From: Heterodontus francisci
Lineage: Eukaryota
Reading direction: 5' to 3'
Assembly (NCBI RefSeq): GCF_036365525.1
Contig: NC_090411.1
Location: forward strand, 35,112,111-35,176,110
Length of the DNA stretch: 64,000 nt
Shown here: positions 27,989 to 41,540 of the stretch, piece by piece
How positions within the stretch are numbered: the stretch's first letter is position 1
Layout of the letters: each line of letters begins with the position of its first letter
Translations under genes and position numbers: made by a program
Notes under the pieces: model-generated
The model's database searches: none
What the model saw: only the letters and a program-made list of their open reading frames with translations
What the model was told of the DNA's origin: nothing

Positions 27989-30394
27989 GTAGGGACAATC
28001 AGAAGGTTGTGGGTTTGAGTTCTACTCCACAGATTTGAGCGCATAATTGAGGCAGACACTTCAGTGCAGTACTCATTTGGAGGTGCCATCTTTTGGACGA
28101 GATGCTAAACTCAGTTCCAGCTCACTCGAGTGGGTGTAGAAGATGATATGGAGGGCTGTGGACGCTCAGTCGTTGAGTTTATTCAAGACTGAGATTGATA
28201 GATTTTTGATCTCTCAGGGAATCAAGGGATATGGGTATTGGAGGAGGTGGGGGGGAAGGGAAGTGGAGTTGAGTTAGATCAGCCATGATCTTATTGAATG
28301 GCAGAGCAGGCTCGAGGGGCCATTGTGGCTTACTCATGCTGCTATTGCTTATGTTCTTATAACGCATCAAACTATTCTAAGGAGAGCAGTCTGCCTTGCC
28401 AATAGTTAACCCTCACTGAAATCACTAAAACAGCTTTTCTGGCCATTTCTCATTGCTGTTTGTGGGAATAGATAGGTGCTTGATGGCCAGCATGGACATG
28501 ATGGGCCGAAGGGCCTGTTTCTGTGCTGTATATCTCTATGACTCTATGAACTTGCTGGGTGCAAATTGGCTGCTGTGTTTCCTTACATTTCAACAGTGGC
28601 TACTTTTCAAAAATGCTTCATTGGCTGTAAAACACGAAAGGAATGTCCTGAAGACATGAAAGATGTCATATAATTGCAAGTTATTTCATTTCTTCTCAAA
28701 ATGGGGAGTAATCTTACTCTCGGGGACATCGGTGTAGTATAAATTCTCACTATTGAAATGCTTTTTGTATTGTTGAGGTAAAAAGATAAGTTGATTCTTT
28801 TGCACATAATTTTTAAATAACGGAGTGAGTGTTGCTGCTGCTGTGTCAGCCAATGAGTTGGAGATGGCACAGGATTTAGGGCAGAACTGACAGGAAACAG
28901 AGTCTATTTAAATGGAGTCTGTATGAACTACAGCAAACAGAACATGACCAAAACCTCAGCAGTCTCCTACAGCAGGGCAAGTTCTGCAGCAAACCATAGT
29001 GAGTGGCGAATAGTTACATAATACAAATGACTTGTGTAAGTTCAATCCCAGTTCCTTACATCAGTGATTGGGTAATTTCCTCTGCCAATCATCTCCTGCA
29101 TCCTGGCTGGGACTTGTAACGTCACTATATGCCACCTTAAAATTATGGGATCCTGAAGGTGCAGCTCCCTGTGTGTGTGTGTTACCAATAACACAGGCGT
29201 ATAAATCACATCGAAACAGATACATATACAAAATAAGACTGTAGCACATCTTCGATCTAATTGTATTCACCAGTGGATGATAGTTTTATTTCACAAGCAT
29301 TTTAAATTAGATTATATCGTTCATATTGACAATAACACAAAAGATGGTCCCAAAACTTGTCCAGCTGATTGCAAAGTAGAGCTCCAGCTCTGCCACAATA
29401 TTTAGAGTGCAGTGTCGTGTTGCAGAAGCTGCTCCTTGACCAGGGTTGTTTTTGTTTGTAAAAACAGCCAGTTCAGTGACGCAACTTGCATTGAACTGCA
29501 TCACGGAGTGTTACCATGTTTGCGTGTGCTTGTGGAGATGGGGAAGAAACTCTTTGCTCTTCTGGCTCTTGAGCCTACTCTTCTCTTCAGAATTATGTTA
29601 TGCCTGACAAAATGTAAATGTTTATATGTTCCAGCCCTGATGTGCGCCGACAGCTGATGTAATTCACATTATTTATGGCTGCTTGTGTCCTCATTAAGGC
29701 AAAAGGCACCAGCAGCATCACAGTCACAGTGGGGCTCATCTGCGCTGAGAATGATGCATGCAAACGTAATGTGCCCAGCAGCCTGAACTATGTGCCAGAA
29801 TTCTGTACATCTGCATGCATATTTTGCTGTTTCCTGTTCTCTAATGCTGCTACAATGGTGATTCACAGGCACAAGCAACCTCCAGTATCCAAGTAGCCAG
29901 TGTTTTTTTGGGGGGTGGGGGCTGGGGGGAGTGTAGATGAGTGAGCCCCCAAAGGCATTAACCCACTGCTGGGGTATAATACCAGGGGTGCAGTGACGCT
30001 ACGATACTTCACCCAAGTGGCTGTTCTTCATGTGTCAGCCCAGGCAGTGAATGCTGGAATTCTAGCCAAGCCTGATGCTGTCCTCCCTTGACATCCACAG
30101 GCTCTCACTCTGCAGCTGAACCCATTAGATAGGGAGTCCTAATGCAACAGCAAAATGCTGAAAATTGGAAATAGAAATAGAAGATGTAGGAAATACTCAG
30201 TAAGTCTGGCAGCATCTGTGGAAAGAGAAGCCTGTGATAAAGGGTCATCAACCTGAAATGTAATTCTGTTTCTCTCTCCTTACATAGAGAGCCCTGGCTG
30301 ATTTTTAACGCCCCCCACCACCACCCCACCACTCCTCCCCAATGCAGGCACTGAGACCAGTTGTAGAGCCCTGACTGTCACCCTAGTTGAACAC

Positions 30395-33300
30395 AAGAAC
30401 ACAATAGGAGCAGGAGTAGACCATATGGCCCATCGAGCCTGCTGCACCATTCAATACGATCACGGCTGATCTTGGGCCACTTACCCACCTGTTCACCATA
30501 TCCCTTGATGCCCTGAGAGACCAAAAATCCGTCTATCCCAGCCTTAAATGTATTCAATGATAGAGCATCCACAACATTCTGGAGTAGAGAATTCCAAAGA
30601 TTCACAACTCTTTGAGTGAAGTAATTTCTCCTCATCTCAGTCCTAAATGATCGACCCCTTATCCTGAGACTTTTTTTTATTCATTCATGAGATGTTGGCG
30701 TCACTGGCAATGCCAGCATTTATTATCCATCCCTAATTGCCCTTGAGAAGGTGGTGGTGAGCTGTCTTCTTGAACTGCTGCAGTCCATTTGGGGTAGGTA
30801 TACCCACAGTGCTGTTAGGAAGGGAGTTCCAGGATTTTGACCCAGCGACAGTGAATGAACGGCAATATAGTTCCAAGTCAGGATGGTGTGTGACCTGGAT
30901 GGGAACTTGCAGGTGGTAGTGTTCCTATGCATCTGCTGCTCTTGTCCTTCGAGGTGGTAGAGGTCGCGGGTTTGGAAGGTGCTGTCTAAGGAGTTTTGGT
31001 GCGTTGCTGCAGTGCATCTTGTAGATGGTACACACTGCGGCCACTGTGCATTGGTGGTGGAGGGGGTGAATGTTTGTAGATGGGGTGCCAATCAAGCGGG
31101 CTGCTTTGTCCTGGATGGTGTCGAGCTTTTTGAGTGTTGTTGGAGCTGCACCCATCCAGGCAAGTGGAGAGTATTCCATCACACTCCTGACTTGTGCCTT
31201 GTAGATGTACAGGCTTTGGGAGTCAGGTGGTGAGTTACTCGCCGCAGGATTCCTAGCCTCTGACCTGCTCTTGTAGCCATGGTATTTATATGGCTACTCC
31301 AGTTCAGTGTCTGGTCAATGGTAGCCTCTAGGATGTTGATAGTGGGGGATTCAGCAATGGTAATGCCATTGAATGTCAAGGGGAGATGGTTAGATTCTCT
31401 CTTGTTGGAGATGGTCATTGCCTGGCACTTGTGTGGCACAAATGTTACTTGCCACTTATCAGCCCAAGCCTGGATATTGTCCAGGTCTTGCTGCATTTCT
31501 ACACGGACTGCTTCAGCATTTGAGGAGTCACGAATGGTGCTGAATATTGTGCAATCATCAGCAAACATCCCCACTTCTGACTGTATGATTGAAGGAAGGT
31601 CATTGATGAAGCAGCTGAAGATGGTTGGGCCTAGGACACTACCCTGAGGAACTCCTGCAGTGATGTCCTGGAGCTCAGATGATTGACCTCCAACAACCAC
31701 AGCCATCTTCCTTTGCGCTAGGTATGACTCTAACCAGCAGAGAGTTTTCCCCCTGATTCCCATTGACTCCAGTTTTACTAGGGCTCTTTGATGCTGCCTT
31801 GATGTCAAGGGCAGTTACTCTCACCTCACCTCTTGAGTTCTGCTCTTTTGTCCATGTTTGAACCAAGGCTGTAATGAGGTCAGGTGCTGAGTAGCCCTGG
31901 CAGAACCCAAACTGGGTATGACTGAGCAGGTTATTGCTAATCAAGTGCCGCTTGATGACACTGTTGATGACACCTTCCATCCCTTTACTAATGATTGAGA
32001 GTATACTGATGTGGTGGTAATTGATCGGGTTGGACTTGTCCTGCTTTTTGTGTACAGGACATACCTGGGCAATTTTCCACATTGCAGGGTAGATGCCAGT
32101 GTTGTAGCTGTACTGGAACAGCTTGGCTAGGGGTGCGGCAAGTTCTGGAGCACAGGTCTTCAGTACTATTGCTGGAATATTGTCAGGGCCCATAGCTTTT
32201 GCAGTATCCAGTGCCTTCAGTCGTTTCTCGATATCACGCGGGGTGAATTGAATTGGCTGAAGTCTGGCATCTGTGATGCTGGGGACTTCAGGAGGAGGCC
32301 GAGATGGATCATCAACTTGGCACTTCTGGCTGAAGATTGTTGCAAATGCTTCAGCCTTATCTTTCGCACTGATGTGCTGGGCTCCCCCATCATTGAGGAT
32401 GGGGATTTTGTGGAGCCACCTCCTCCAGTTAGTTGTTTAATTGTCCACCACCAATCACGGCTGTGCCCCCGTGTTTTAGATTCCTTGACCAGCGGAAACA
32501 ATCTCTGTGTCTACCCTATCCAGCCCTTTCAGAATCTACTATCTTTCAATGAGATCGCCTCTCATTCTTCTAAACTCCAGAGAAAATAGGCTCAATTTAC
32601 TCAGCCTCTCATCAAAAGACAACCCCATCATCCCAGGAACCAACTTAGTGAACCTTTGCTGTACCGTCTCCAATGCAAGTATATCCTTAAATGTGGAGAC
32701 CAGACTGCACACAGTATTCCAGATGTGGTCTCACCAAAACCCTGTACAATTGTCGCATGACTTCCTTATACCTGTACTCCAATCACCTTGCAATAAAGGC
32801 CAACGTGCCATTTGCCTTCTTAATTGCTTGCCGTATCTGTATGCTAACTGTCTACGTTCCTTGTACAAGAAAACCCAAGTCTCTTTGAACATCAACACTT
32901 ACGAGTTTCACACCTTTTTAAAAAAAAAAAAAATTCTGCTTTTCTATTCTTACGACCAAAGTGAATAACTTCATACTTCCCTACATTTTACTCCATCTGC
33001 CACTTAACCTGTCTATATCTCTTTGCAACCTCTCTGTGTCCTCCCCACAGCTTACCTTTCCACCTACCTTTGTATCATCAGCAAACTTAGATACATTACT
33101 CTCTCTCCCTTCATCTAATGTAGATTGTAAATAGCTGAGGCCCCAGCACTGATCCTCGAGGCACTCCACTGTTCAGTGCCTGCCAACTTGAAAATGCCCT
33201 GTTTATTCCCACCCGTTGCTTCCTGTCCATTAACCAATCCTCTGTCCATGCTAATATATTACCCCCAATTCCATGAGCCCTTATCTTGCCTATTAACCTC
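30395..33300 (-). mobile_element. CR1 3' portion split by the LINE at 30672-32463
   Basis: SKFADDTKVGG at 32981-33169; CR1 3' UTR at 30395-30671. Confidence 0.8.
30672..32463 (-). mobile_element. 5'-truncated copy of the 43033-46302 LINE family, inserted into a CR1 fragment
   Basis: Minus-strand RT ORFs (GVPQGSVLGP, FADD); poly(T) tail at about 30671; the host CR1 sequence resumes at about 32464. Confidence 0.9.
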
Positions 33301-33605
33301 GAAGACAGCTAACTGTGCACAGACTTGCAATTGAATCTAAAGGACTCTGGATCAGTTGCCCATCAGAGCAGCTTTTGTGTGTCTGTACATAGGTGAATGT
33401 TTCTGGTACCTGAAGATGGATTTCAAATTCTGAAATGGTTTTTCTTCTGTACCAATTTGTGTTAATTTTGGTTAAATAAATACTTTTGTTTGCCAGAGTT
33501 TAGTTTACTGTTTCAACTCAAATTATACGAAGCCAACAACTGTGTAAATTCTTCAATTTCTGTCTTGCTAAACCTTAGCAAATGAAAGAACTTGTATTTA
33601 TGAGA

Positions 33606-33781
33606 TAAAAACAAGAAATGCTGGAAATACTCAGCAGGTCTGGTATCATCAGTGGAGAGAGAAGCAGAGTTAACGTTTCAGGTCAGTGACCCTTCTTCAG
33701 AACTCTGCCAGACCTGCTGAGTATTTCCAGCATTGCTTGTTTTTATTTCAGATTTCCAGCATCTGCAGTATTTTGATTTTA
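33606..33781. mobile_element. Short Penelope terminal-repeat-derived fold-back insertion
   Basis: Inverted arms (aaatgctggaaatactcagcaggtctgg / ccagacctgctgagtatttccagcatt); 14-bp TSD TTGTATTTATGAGA at 33592-33605 and 33782-33795. Confidence 0.85.
33665..33707 (-). ncRNA. Minimal type I hammerhead ribozyme motif (Penelope type)
   Basis: Minus strand: CAGAGUU-CUGAAGA-AGGGUCACUGACCU-GAAAC-GUU-AACUCUG; stem I CAGAGUU/AACUCUG, stem II GGUC/GACC, palindromic AACGUU stem III. Confidence 0.7.
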
Positions 33782-33893
33782 TTGTATTTATGAGAGTACC
33801 TTTAATATAGTAAAACATCTCAAAGCGCTTGCATTTATAGAGCATCTCTCAAATACCTCTCTCCATCTCCTGATATTATTTCATTTCTTTCAG

Positions 33894-34088
33894 AGATGTT
33901 AATACTATTGCTCTTTCGAACGTGATGGGCTTTATTATGAACATCCCCTCCAGCTTGTGTTGGGGCCCCGTGAAGCTTCCCCTCAAACGACAGCACTGGA
34001 TTGGCGTACGCGAGGTCGCTGGAATCTACTACAACCTTGACTCGAAACTGAAATTGCCAGATCAGATCGGCAACGAGGACGAACTCAG
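33894..34088 (+). CDS. JOSD1: JOSD1 coding exon 3 (195 nt)
   Basis: [64 protein letters not shown]; catalytic His (QHW) and Asp (NLDS). Confidence 0.97.
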
Positions 34089-34221
34089 GTTAACTGATCA
34101 CCCAATTCTATTTCCGTGATCCAAGCTCACTTGCGTCCTGTTCGGTGATAGATGTATAAATGTGAAGCAAAGAAAGGTGGTGCATAAAATGTCATTCAGA
34201 CATACAGTGACCTCCTTCTCC

Positions 34222-34442
34222 AAACGTGCATGCGCATGTTTCCAAGCGTGCGTGCGCGTGTATTTCTCTAAGCGTGCTTGCATGTCTCCAAGCGTGTGTC
34301 TGTCTGTCTGTGTCTCCAGGCGTGGGTGTGTCTATCTGTGTCTGTATCTCCAGTCGCGCGTGTGTCTGTGTCTCCCAGCGTGTGTGCGTATGTGTATCTG
34401 TGTGTGTCTCCAAGTGTGTGTGTGCGCGCGCGTGCACACATT
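34222..34442. repeat. Degenerate (TG)/(CG)/(TC) low-complexity tract
   Basis: Alternating purine-pyrimidine runs such as gtgtgtgtgtgcgcgcgcgtgcacaca. Confidence 0.85.
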
Positions 34443-36478
34443 GGGTAAGTACAAAATTGGGCTGGCATGTGATGCCCCCACAGTCGGATAGCCCACTGTC
34501 CCTTCAAAATAAATGTTCTTCACTAATTTTGCTCTTAATCCCGTGAATGTGTTGCCTGTTGCTGGGTTGGGTTCCACAGCAACAGCCATCAAAGGGACAT
34601 GTTTCATGTGAGAGTCTATACATTGACTGGCAGCAGGTTATTTGTCTGTTGGGTTGAAGGAGGGCCATTGTAGCGAAGGCCAATCCTGTCCTTGCCTGGC
34701 ATTCACACACTCATTCCAACAGGAGTCACCGGCCCTCCATCACCAAGAGCAAACATATTGCATTCTAATCTGTGTGAGATTTTTATTCATTCTCAGGGTA
34801 TGGGTGTTGCTGGCAAGGGGGGGCGGGGGGGGTTCGATCAGCCCCTAAGTACATTATTTGAGGTTGGAGGGGAGGCAGGGGTGGGGTGTCAGCCCATGAG
34901 AAGATTTGCCAGAATTATACTGGGGGAATAACTGCTCACCTCGCCACATTCCATGAATGAATAAGAAAAATGAGTGACTTCAGTTATGTAGGGCGATGAG
35001 AGAAGCTGGGGTTGTTATCTTTAGTGTAGAGAAGTTTAAGAGGAGATTTCATCGAGGTGTTCAAAATTATGAGGGGTTTTGATGAGAGTAAACAAGGAGA
35101 AACAGTTTCCCCTGGCAGAAGGATAGTTGTCCGGAGGATAATTTGCAAAGATGTTGCAAATAATAAGTTAATTAAGAGAGAAGTTGAGAATGTTTTCACA
35201 CAGTGAGTTATGATGAGCTGGAACGCGCTGCCTGAAAGGGTGATGGAAGCAGATTCAGGAATAACTTTCAAAAGGGAATTAGAAAGGGGAATTGGATAAT
35301 TGAAGAGAAAAGATTTTCAGGGCTATGGGGAAAAGGCAGGGAGTTGCTCTTGCAGACAGCTGGCACAGACATAATGGGCCAAATGGCCTCCTTCTGAGCT
35401 ATAACTATTCTATGATTCTTGAAAAGTTGCACTTGTTCATAGCAGTTTGATACAAGATGAGTTAGTCGGGCGATTACTTTTAACTGCATCCCATACTGTT
35501 TAATAGAAAATATGCTCTGCTGGGGCAGCAGTGTGGGTGCTGCAGTCACTCTCTGTGCCCAGGGCTGCTACTCCAGACCACCATCCAGTGACAGCCCCCT
35601 CACCGCTGCGTAGTCTGTGTATGTGAGAGAAAAGGATCCCATTTGAATGGAAGAAAATTAGTTCCAAGTTTGAAATATTGTAACTTCCTGACTTTGTGTA
35701 ATATAAATAGCCGCAGCACGTGGGAAAATCTGGCACAGTAGCTGCTCGGGGAATGTTTTAAATGAAGAATTTAATTTAAGACCATCCTGATGTCTTAATG
35801 TCTTGTGAACCATATAGGCCATGAGAGTGCCAAATTCGAACACCAGTCTATTAGCTGTCAGCTGAGGGAAGTACTACAGGGGGCTGCAGTTAGCTACATC
35901 GACCTTGCATGGTGGAAAGAAAAAGGAATCCTTCCTGATGGCACTCCTGCATTAATATACTTGCATTAATCTAGCGCCTTATCAATGCATCACACCATGA
36001 GATAATTTGAAGCAATTATTTATGCAGGCAAATGACTCTTGCCTCTAATGGGGTATGCACAGGCGCTGAATGGGGATTTGATCGGACTCGGCTATGATGC
36101 CCTCCCCAGTCGGATAGCCTGCTAGTACCACAGCCCACACATGCATAATGACCAACTGGATAAAGTGCCGGAGAGCACTTTGCAACCATTAGAAGTCTAT
36201 TGAAGGAGACAGCAAATTGGAATCATAGAATAGTACAGCTGAGAAAGAGACCATTCGGCCCATCAAGTCTAGAGTGGGAAAGTAAACAAATTTGGATGAA
36301 AGGGGTGAACACAAGGCAGTAACCTCATTGGGATGTCAGAGTGTGAAAGAAAGTGATTTATATAATCATATCTGTTGCTTATCTGATCCCTTGATGTGTT
36401 CAGTGTGAACTGCAAATTTGTACATTGTATTGAAGGTTTTCTCTGACGCTGTATTGTATATTTCTAATCATCACACAG

Positions 36479-36578
36479 AAAGTTTCTGAAACACCAGCTG
36501 AGGGGGAAGAACTGTGAGCTTCTACTGGTTGTAAGTGAAGAGGTTGAAGTCCATCAGAGCTGGAGAACGGATGGCTGA
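36479..36578 (+). CDS. JOSD1: JOSD1 coding exon 4 with stop codon
   Basis: [32 protein letters not shown]; cag acceptor ending at 36478; exons sum to 600 nt (199 aa + stop). Confidence 0.95.
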
Positions 36579-39500
36579 CTTGGGGAAATCCCAATTGAAC
36601 TAACTCTTGTAGTCACTACAGTTCCACATTCAATGGACAGAAGCAAAACTCTTCAACCACAGCCTCTATCGGTGGAAAAAGAATTTATTTTTAGCTCTGC
36701 ATATCTTTAAAAGACTTGGTGACTTAAGTATTCTACAGGAGAGTTGGTGCTTTTTTTAAATATATAAATTACTCAAAGAGCAGAAAATCTGATGAGGGAC
36801 AATAAGTGTTTTGTTTTTGTTTCGTTGCTTAGTGAAGAAAAAATGTAAAATATATAAATATCAAAACTGAGGGGAAAATTGTCAAAAATATAAAGGAGTC
36901 AGGTAAGACTTCAGGTCTGGGGCCAAGACCATATTAAAAAAGAATTTCAAGCGAGCAACACAAACCCTTGCACTAAATATTATTAAATAAACACAGAAAA
37001 TGCTGGAAATATTCAGCTCAGGCAACATCTGTGGTGAGAGAAATAGAGCTAACTTTTTAGGTCGGTGACCTTTCATCTAGAAACTTGTTGCTTGATTTAG
37101 TATTTCTGAGCCACCCCCCCCCACCCCCCACACCCTCACCGACCCTCTTGGGCATTCGGCAGTGGCTTGCTATTGTTTTCTAATTGAGTCATTAACAGTT
37201 GCACTCACTTCAGCATTAGAAAACCAAAAAACATTGCTGGGGGTTGTGTTACTAACATTTGGGTCATTGGACAGAGGTCTGTGCTGGACATAAAGGCCCA
37301 TTTTTGGAGGAGGTTCCCCTTCTGTCTACACACGGCAGCCTGTCTCATTTAAGAGGCCTTGAAGAGACAAATCAAGTTTTAAAATTACTGTTTTGGCTAC
37401 CTGTTTCTTAAAATGGACACTAAAGCGTTTAAAAGTGGTAGCTGCTTTGACAATCTGCTCAAAGGTAGAGAGCATTGTTGAGATCAGTTCAAATCCTGTA
37501 GATATTAGTTTTCCAGTACGTGTTGTAACTTGACAAACGTTTGTACTGCCTGATAGTGCCAATGGATGTGTCTCTGTGCTATTCAAATGCCCTATAGTAC
37601 TCCACACTAGTGACATCCAAGGGGTAACTTTAACATAACTCAACAGATGGGAAACCGACAAGACGAGGTGGATTGCCTGTTTACACCCCACCCAGTATTA
37701 GTCTCTCACTGGGAGTAAAATCAAGTGGGGTGTGAAACCAGCATTGTGCCCGATGTCATCTGGTTCCCAATGGGAAGGTTTGGTTAGAATTTCGCTCCCC
37801 CCCCCACCCCCCATCCCATGTCAGAAAATGTATACTTGATCAACCAAACTCAGAAATTGGAACCAGTGGCAATTCATACTAAATAAATTTGGTCTGACGC
37901 AAATCTGGATAATGTGGACAGGTTAAGATAAACTACAGCACAAATTATTGTTGAGTAAACAGGCATTCTTTTGGCACCTTAATAATTGTCTGGACAATCT
38001 ATTTATAAAGAGCAAAGACTTGTTGGGAGTTTCCAAATTCCCCAAGTTGTAGAATTTGTTGACGATATTTCACAAAACATTAAAAAAAATTTATCTAAAT
38101 GAAGTAAATTTATATTTAGCTGATCAGACAACCTAGTCACTGATGCAAGGGCTGGAGACGTGGGTGAGCTGCACTCGAGCTTGAGTATATCTGCTTGCAC
38201 TAGGAGTTTGAGGAGAGATCTGACACCGAGCATGCTCATTCGTCTTGATGTGTATCTCTGAAAGGGATGTTCCGGGCCATCACATTTTATAGTTTAATGT
38301 ATGGGATCAGGTCCAGCTGTAAGATCAGACATTGAGAGAAACGAAGGGAGAAAAATCCCAATGGAATCATTTTTTTCATTACTCATGTTCCCTACATTTA
38401 ACTGCTATGACTGTTCCTTGACAGTTTCCTGTCCCTGTAAGCAGTGTGGCTGTGCGGATTTAGATCAGCTGAGTTGGCTTGACTTTATATGAAGGGTTCT
38501 GGTTAAATGATGCAATTAACAATTCCTTTGCATTTCTTGAATGGGTTTTACCCAGAAGCCTTGAGATGACAGTAATGTGACTAACCTGTGTTGGTGTTTT
38601 AAACCCACCAACATGGATTAAGTGAGAAAGTGCAGGCTGCTTTGATCAGAGGAATGAGAAAGTATTGACAAACCTTAATCTCATTCGCTAGTTGTGGTCT
38701 GATTGACCGCAGGCATTGTAGTTCTGTTTTTAAAAAGGCATGTTAAGACTGACAGCTCTGTGACAGCATCCTTGGAATTGGCTGTGTTCTCATTGCTGAC
38801 CGCGTGCCTTCACCACTCAGTTACTGGGTCCAAAATGCTTGTCATGTGCTGACAAAATGGTTGGTGAACATCTTAATAAAAAAAATCTTCTATTTGTGCC
38901 AAAATAGAGGGCGATTATGGGTTTCAATGACGGAAAGAAAGAACTTGCATTTCGATAGCACCTTTCACAACCTCAAGACGTCCCAAAGCGTTTTACAGCC
39001 AATGAAGTACTTTTGTAGTGTAGTCACTGTTGTAATGATAAGATCAGTAAACTCTATGGCGCCTCTCAGCCATACTTTGTGAAATCGTCTCCACTTACTG
39101 CACACTAAAGCTAGGATAAGTAGGCATGTACAGTTTGGCCAACAGAGTTTAGTTTGAATTGGCTAGAAACTAAATTGATCTGAATTTTACAGCTGCACTT
39201 CAGAAAACCCAAGGATGAGAAAAGGCTGTTCACTTCAACAAAGTTCACCTGTTTGGCACAAACATTTAAACAGCAGATGCAACAGCGACGAGAATTTTGG
39301 CCTGACCTTGAGCTCAGACTCAAAGTGATAGTTTAGTCAGCTCAATTGTAGTTAACCAGGTAGAAACAAGCAGGTGACCTCAAACTGCAGGTTAGTAGGT
39401 TAAGTTGCAGAATAAAACTGCTACTTGGGCTTATTTGGCTGATCCAGGTATCGTTCCATGAGTTTCCCTCCCGGCAGCTAGTGAACCGTTTCAATGGTTT

Positions 39501-40339
39501 GCAGTGAGGTGGAGCAGTGCGGAGTAACTGGTATCTCACCAGCTGGCCTGGTCCTCATCTTATTCCTAAGCCACGAAAATGTAAACAGCCTTGAGCATAT
39601 AATCACTCGAGTTTGGCAACTGTTTGAAAGAGGGGAAAGACCAAACTTGCAGCAGTGTGAAGGTAAGAGGGTTTTTATTGGAACTTAAATAGGGATTCAG
39701 TGAGGGAGGAATGAAGTCCAATCAGATGTAGCAGTGCCCAGTTTAATCACGTGATCAACAATCCAATGCTGAGTTGGCATTCTAGAAAGAAGTAATGCAT
39801 CAAAATTTGAAAACCTGTTGAAACAGCAAAGCTGAAGGTAAGGGGGAGTAAGACATTCTGCAATTGGCATAGTCCAGTCTCATTTACAGAGAACGCGTTG
39901 AAAATTCTAGTTGGGGGATTGTCATTGCATCAACATTTTCCCCCCCACCTTCTGAAAATTGGATATGCAAATCTGAACAGTGTCTCAATTGAGAAGCTGA
40001 AACCTGCTGAGCGTCAGGTATCGCTATGGTGAGCAAAAGAGTGATGTTTACTCCAAATCCTTAAATCGACCATCCTTCTGATTCTGTCTGAGAGATTTTT
40101 TATTTTTCTTTTGCTAACTGTCCAAAGATGAATAGCAATCTATTTCCAAACTTTGTCGTCACTAACATGCAAGTAAAAACATTCCTTGCACTCGACCAGA
40201 ATAATACTAACATCCTTCTTTGTGTCACTCACTGGAATGGTGATGAATGTTCAGAACTGTACCAGGAAAGGAATTTTCACAGGTTTAGGCTCTACTTTTA
40301 CATGGGAGTCAGGGGGCCAGTGGGTGGGGGGAGGGGGGG

Positions 40340-41540
40340 GGGTGTTGAGATGGTATCTGTAGGTTGTGAGGAGGGGGCGTGGGTGGAGATGGTATTTGTA
40401 GATTGTGAGGAGGGGGGGTGGAGATGGTATCTGTAGGTTGTGAGGAGGGGGGGGGGTGGAGATGGTATTTGTAGATTGTGAGGAGGGGGGGTGGAGATGG
40501 TATCTGTAGGTTGTGAGGAAGGGGGGGTGGAGATGGTAGCTGTAGATTGTGAGGAGGGGGGGTGGAGATGGTATCTGTAGATTGTGAGGAGGGGGGGGTG
40601 GAGATGGTATCTATAGGTTGTGAGGAGGGGGGGGTGGAGATGGTATCTGTAGATTGTGAGGAGGGGGGGTGGAGATGGTATCTGTAGATTGTGAGGAGGG
40701 GGGGGGGTGGAGATGGTATCTGTAGGTTGTGGGGGGGGGGAGTGGAGATCGTATCTGTAGGTTATGAGGAGGGGGGGGAGTGGAGATGGTATCTGTAGGT
40801 TGTGAGGAGGGGGGGAGTGGAGATGGTATCTGTAGATTGTGAGGAGGGGGTGAGTGGAGATGGTATCTGTAGATTGTGAGGAGGGGGGGGAGTGGAGATG
40901 GTATCTGTAGGTTATGAGGAGGGGGGGGTGGAGATGGTATCTGTAGGTTGTGAGGAGGGAGGGTGGAGATGGTGTCTGTAGATTGTGAGGAGGGGGGGAG
41001 TGGAGATGGTATCGGTAGATTGTGAGGAGGGGGTGAGTGGAGATGGTATCTGTAGATTGTGAGGAGGGGGGAGTGGAGATGGTATCTGTAGGTTGTGAGG
41101 AGGGGGGAGTGGAGATGGTATCTGTAGGTTGTGAGGAGGGGGGGAGTGGAGATGGTATCTGTAGGTTGTGAGGAGGGGGGGAGTGGAGATGGTATCTGTA
41201 GGTTGTGAGGAGGGGGGGAGTGGAGATGGTATCTGTAGGTTGTGAGGAGGGGGGGAGTGGAGATGGTATCTGTAGATTGTGAGGAGGGGGTGAGTGGAGA
41301 TGGTATCTAGGTTGTGAGGAGGGGGGGAGTGGAGATGGTATCTAGGTTGTGAGGAGGGGGGGAGTGGAGATGGTATCTGTAGGTTGTGAGGAGGGGGGGA
41401 GTGGAGATGGTATCTGTAGGTTGTGAGGAGGGGGGGAGTGGAGATGGTATCTGTAGGTTGTGAGGAGGGGGGGGAGTGGAGATGGTATCTGTAGGTTGTG
41501 AGGAGGGGGAGTGGAGATGGTATCTGTAGGTTGTGAGGTT
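40340..41540. repeat. G-rich minisatellite, about 36-bp unit, roughly 30+ copies
   Basis: Unit GTGGAGATGGTATCTGTAGRTTGTGAGGAG(G)nA with variable G-run length. Confidence 0.95.

Noticed and set aside
34162-34607. Cys/Val- or His/Thr-rich ORFs
   Set aside because: Translations of a TG/CA microsatellite-like tract.
40340-41540. CRISPR-like regular array
   Set aside because: Head-to-tail units with no unique spacers, no cas genes, and a vertebrate context; it is a minisatellite.
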